A stretch of DNA of 61,826 nucleotides, filler included, from Rhabdomonas costata (taxonomy: Eukaryota): the NCBI GenBank assembly GCA_019059605.1. It is 28 parts of 28 records of this genome, joined end to end, with 100 filler letters (N's around TTAATTAATTAA, not from the genome) between each part and the next. Parts side by side here need not be neighbours in the genome. Positions count along the whole stretch, not along the records: positions 59,716 to 61,826 come from JAHMHO010005568.1; 27 more parts are not named here. One strand, 5' to 3'. A program made the position numbers and the translations under genes. Below are positions 60,526 to 61,826 of this stretch, one piece after another; position 1 is the stretch's first letter; each line of letters begins with the position of its first letter. The notes below the pieces were generated by a model. It was not told the DNA's origin, ran no database searches, and saw only the letters and a program-made list of their open reading frames with translations.

Positions 60526-61826
60526 TTCCCCATTCTTTTCATCTCGCTTTCTTTGGTTTTGGTGCACCGGAGATGACCTCGCAAGGCTTGCTGTGGGTTT
60601 TCCCTTGAGAACCCCTGTGAAGAGTTGGCCGACATCGAGTTGGTTGTTGTTTTTTTGGCTTGATGGCAAGGCCTCATAATTCCCGAGGTTTCCTGAAGGT
60701 TTCTTGATACGAGGGCGCGACTTTGGCATCCCTCCGAAGCCGAACGGGCGTGGGTTTGTAAATCGGAATAGCCAGAGAGGCAGAGAATACCGGAAACGAG
60801 AAGGAAGAGGAAGGAGGCTGGTGACGAGACTTTAGGCAGTGAGGCGAATGGTTTTCACATGTCGTTGTGTCGTGAACAGGACAAGCCGTGCCGGATGTTA
60901 GGCAGGGGTATAAGATCACTGCTGCCGCGCTTTGGAGAGGTCTTCAATTTCGAGACCATGGAGGTGTCTTCCCCCATTTCAAGTGCACCACGCTTACCAA
61001 CCGCAACAGGCAAGAGGGTTCTACAAGGCGCCCTGCATAAACGTGTACATCAATAGCAATTAACGAACACATGAAGCTTATGGAAGGAAAGTACTTCCTT
61101 TTAAGGGCATAAATCGCCGCTCCGCTCCTCGTTGACCCAACCGATACGAGCCATACCCGGCAACGGCCTCGCTGCAAGCAAAGCGCTGAGACTGCATTGA
61201 CGTCGAAAAACTTCTCCATGTCGTTCAGCGGGTCCACCGAAGCGGTTGTTTGTATGCTGTGGTGTTCGAGCCCTCAGCTGATAAAGCTACGCCTGCCGCG
61301 AGCGCCTGGTTTTTGGCTTTTTCGTACAGGCTCCGTTCGCGCATCCAGCTGTTATGGTGTGATTCATATGATGATCCCCCGACGAAGTCCAGAATCAAGT
61401 TTATCCCGCGTCCAATCCAAAGTAACCAAATTGGACACGTGCATCGCAAACCTAACGCCCCTTACATTTCTTGGCGTTGCGCTCACAACCCACGCTAGAG
61501 ACGATCAAAACACGGGGGTCACACAATGCATTTTCATGCTTTTTTTTATACAAAAACGTAAATGGTAACGGTGTGAAGGACTTTAAAAAAAAAGGGAGCG
61601 AGATGCCGTTGATTTACTTTGCCCAGTTACCCAACCTCTTGTGTCGCCATCATTTCGGTCGACTGTGTGTGTCCTGAGGTGTGCGCCTGTGTCTGACCAC
61701 CTCCAGACAGGGCACACACACTCCACACAGAGAGAGCTGGCGAGTGCTTGCGCACCCTTTTCTGTCTTCCCTGCCGACCGCAGTTCTTCGTTGCGAGTTT
61801 TCTTTTTCTCTCAACCCCCACCCCAC

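Noticed and set aside
1..61826. Euglenid non-conventional (non GT-AG, stem-forming) introns
   Set aside because: Every intron I could fix by protein motifs is explained by GT-AG or GC-AG. They may exist in regions I could not interpret.
1..61826. Telomere-capped nanochromosomes
   Set aside because: Terminal G/T tracts are non-periodic, genes are cut mid-exon at contig ends, and uniform length reflects size sorting.

Overview
This is not one genomic locus. It is 28 unrelated contigs of about 2.1 kb joined by an artificial 100-nt spacer (N44-TTAATTAATTAA-N44), so neighbourhood across spacers means nothing. The DNA is from an intron-rich, flagellated microbial eukaryote; a euglenid/euglenozoan is my inference, not proven. 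It was probably whole-genome amplified, given the G/T-only contig starts, A/C-only contig ends and fold-back chimeras. Genes rebuilt by hand from spliced exons: two PDR/ABCG transporter fragments, an SLC25 carrier, mitochondrial bL33, a 4-exon hemerythrin with all di-iron ligands, a CFAP47-like protein, SET-domain, ankyrin, UBL-TM and WD40 proteins, several glycosyltransferase-like proteins, and secreted/surface proteins. There is also a decayed DIRS-like retrotransposon. Best leads: (1) 5' splice sites with almost no consensus beyond GT and apparently frequent GC donors; (2) a euglenid spliced-leader-like motif followed by GT and hairpins; (3) a contig with an exact 127-bp terminal direct repeat (circle or tandem unit); (4) a one-base frameshift between signal peptide and body in an otherwise intact secreted-protein gene. 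I cannot demonstrate a complete novel multi-gene system. All family assignments come from motif recognition, not database searches.
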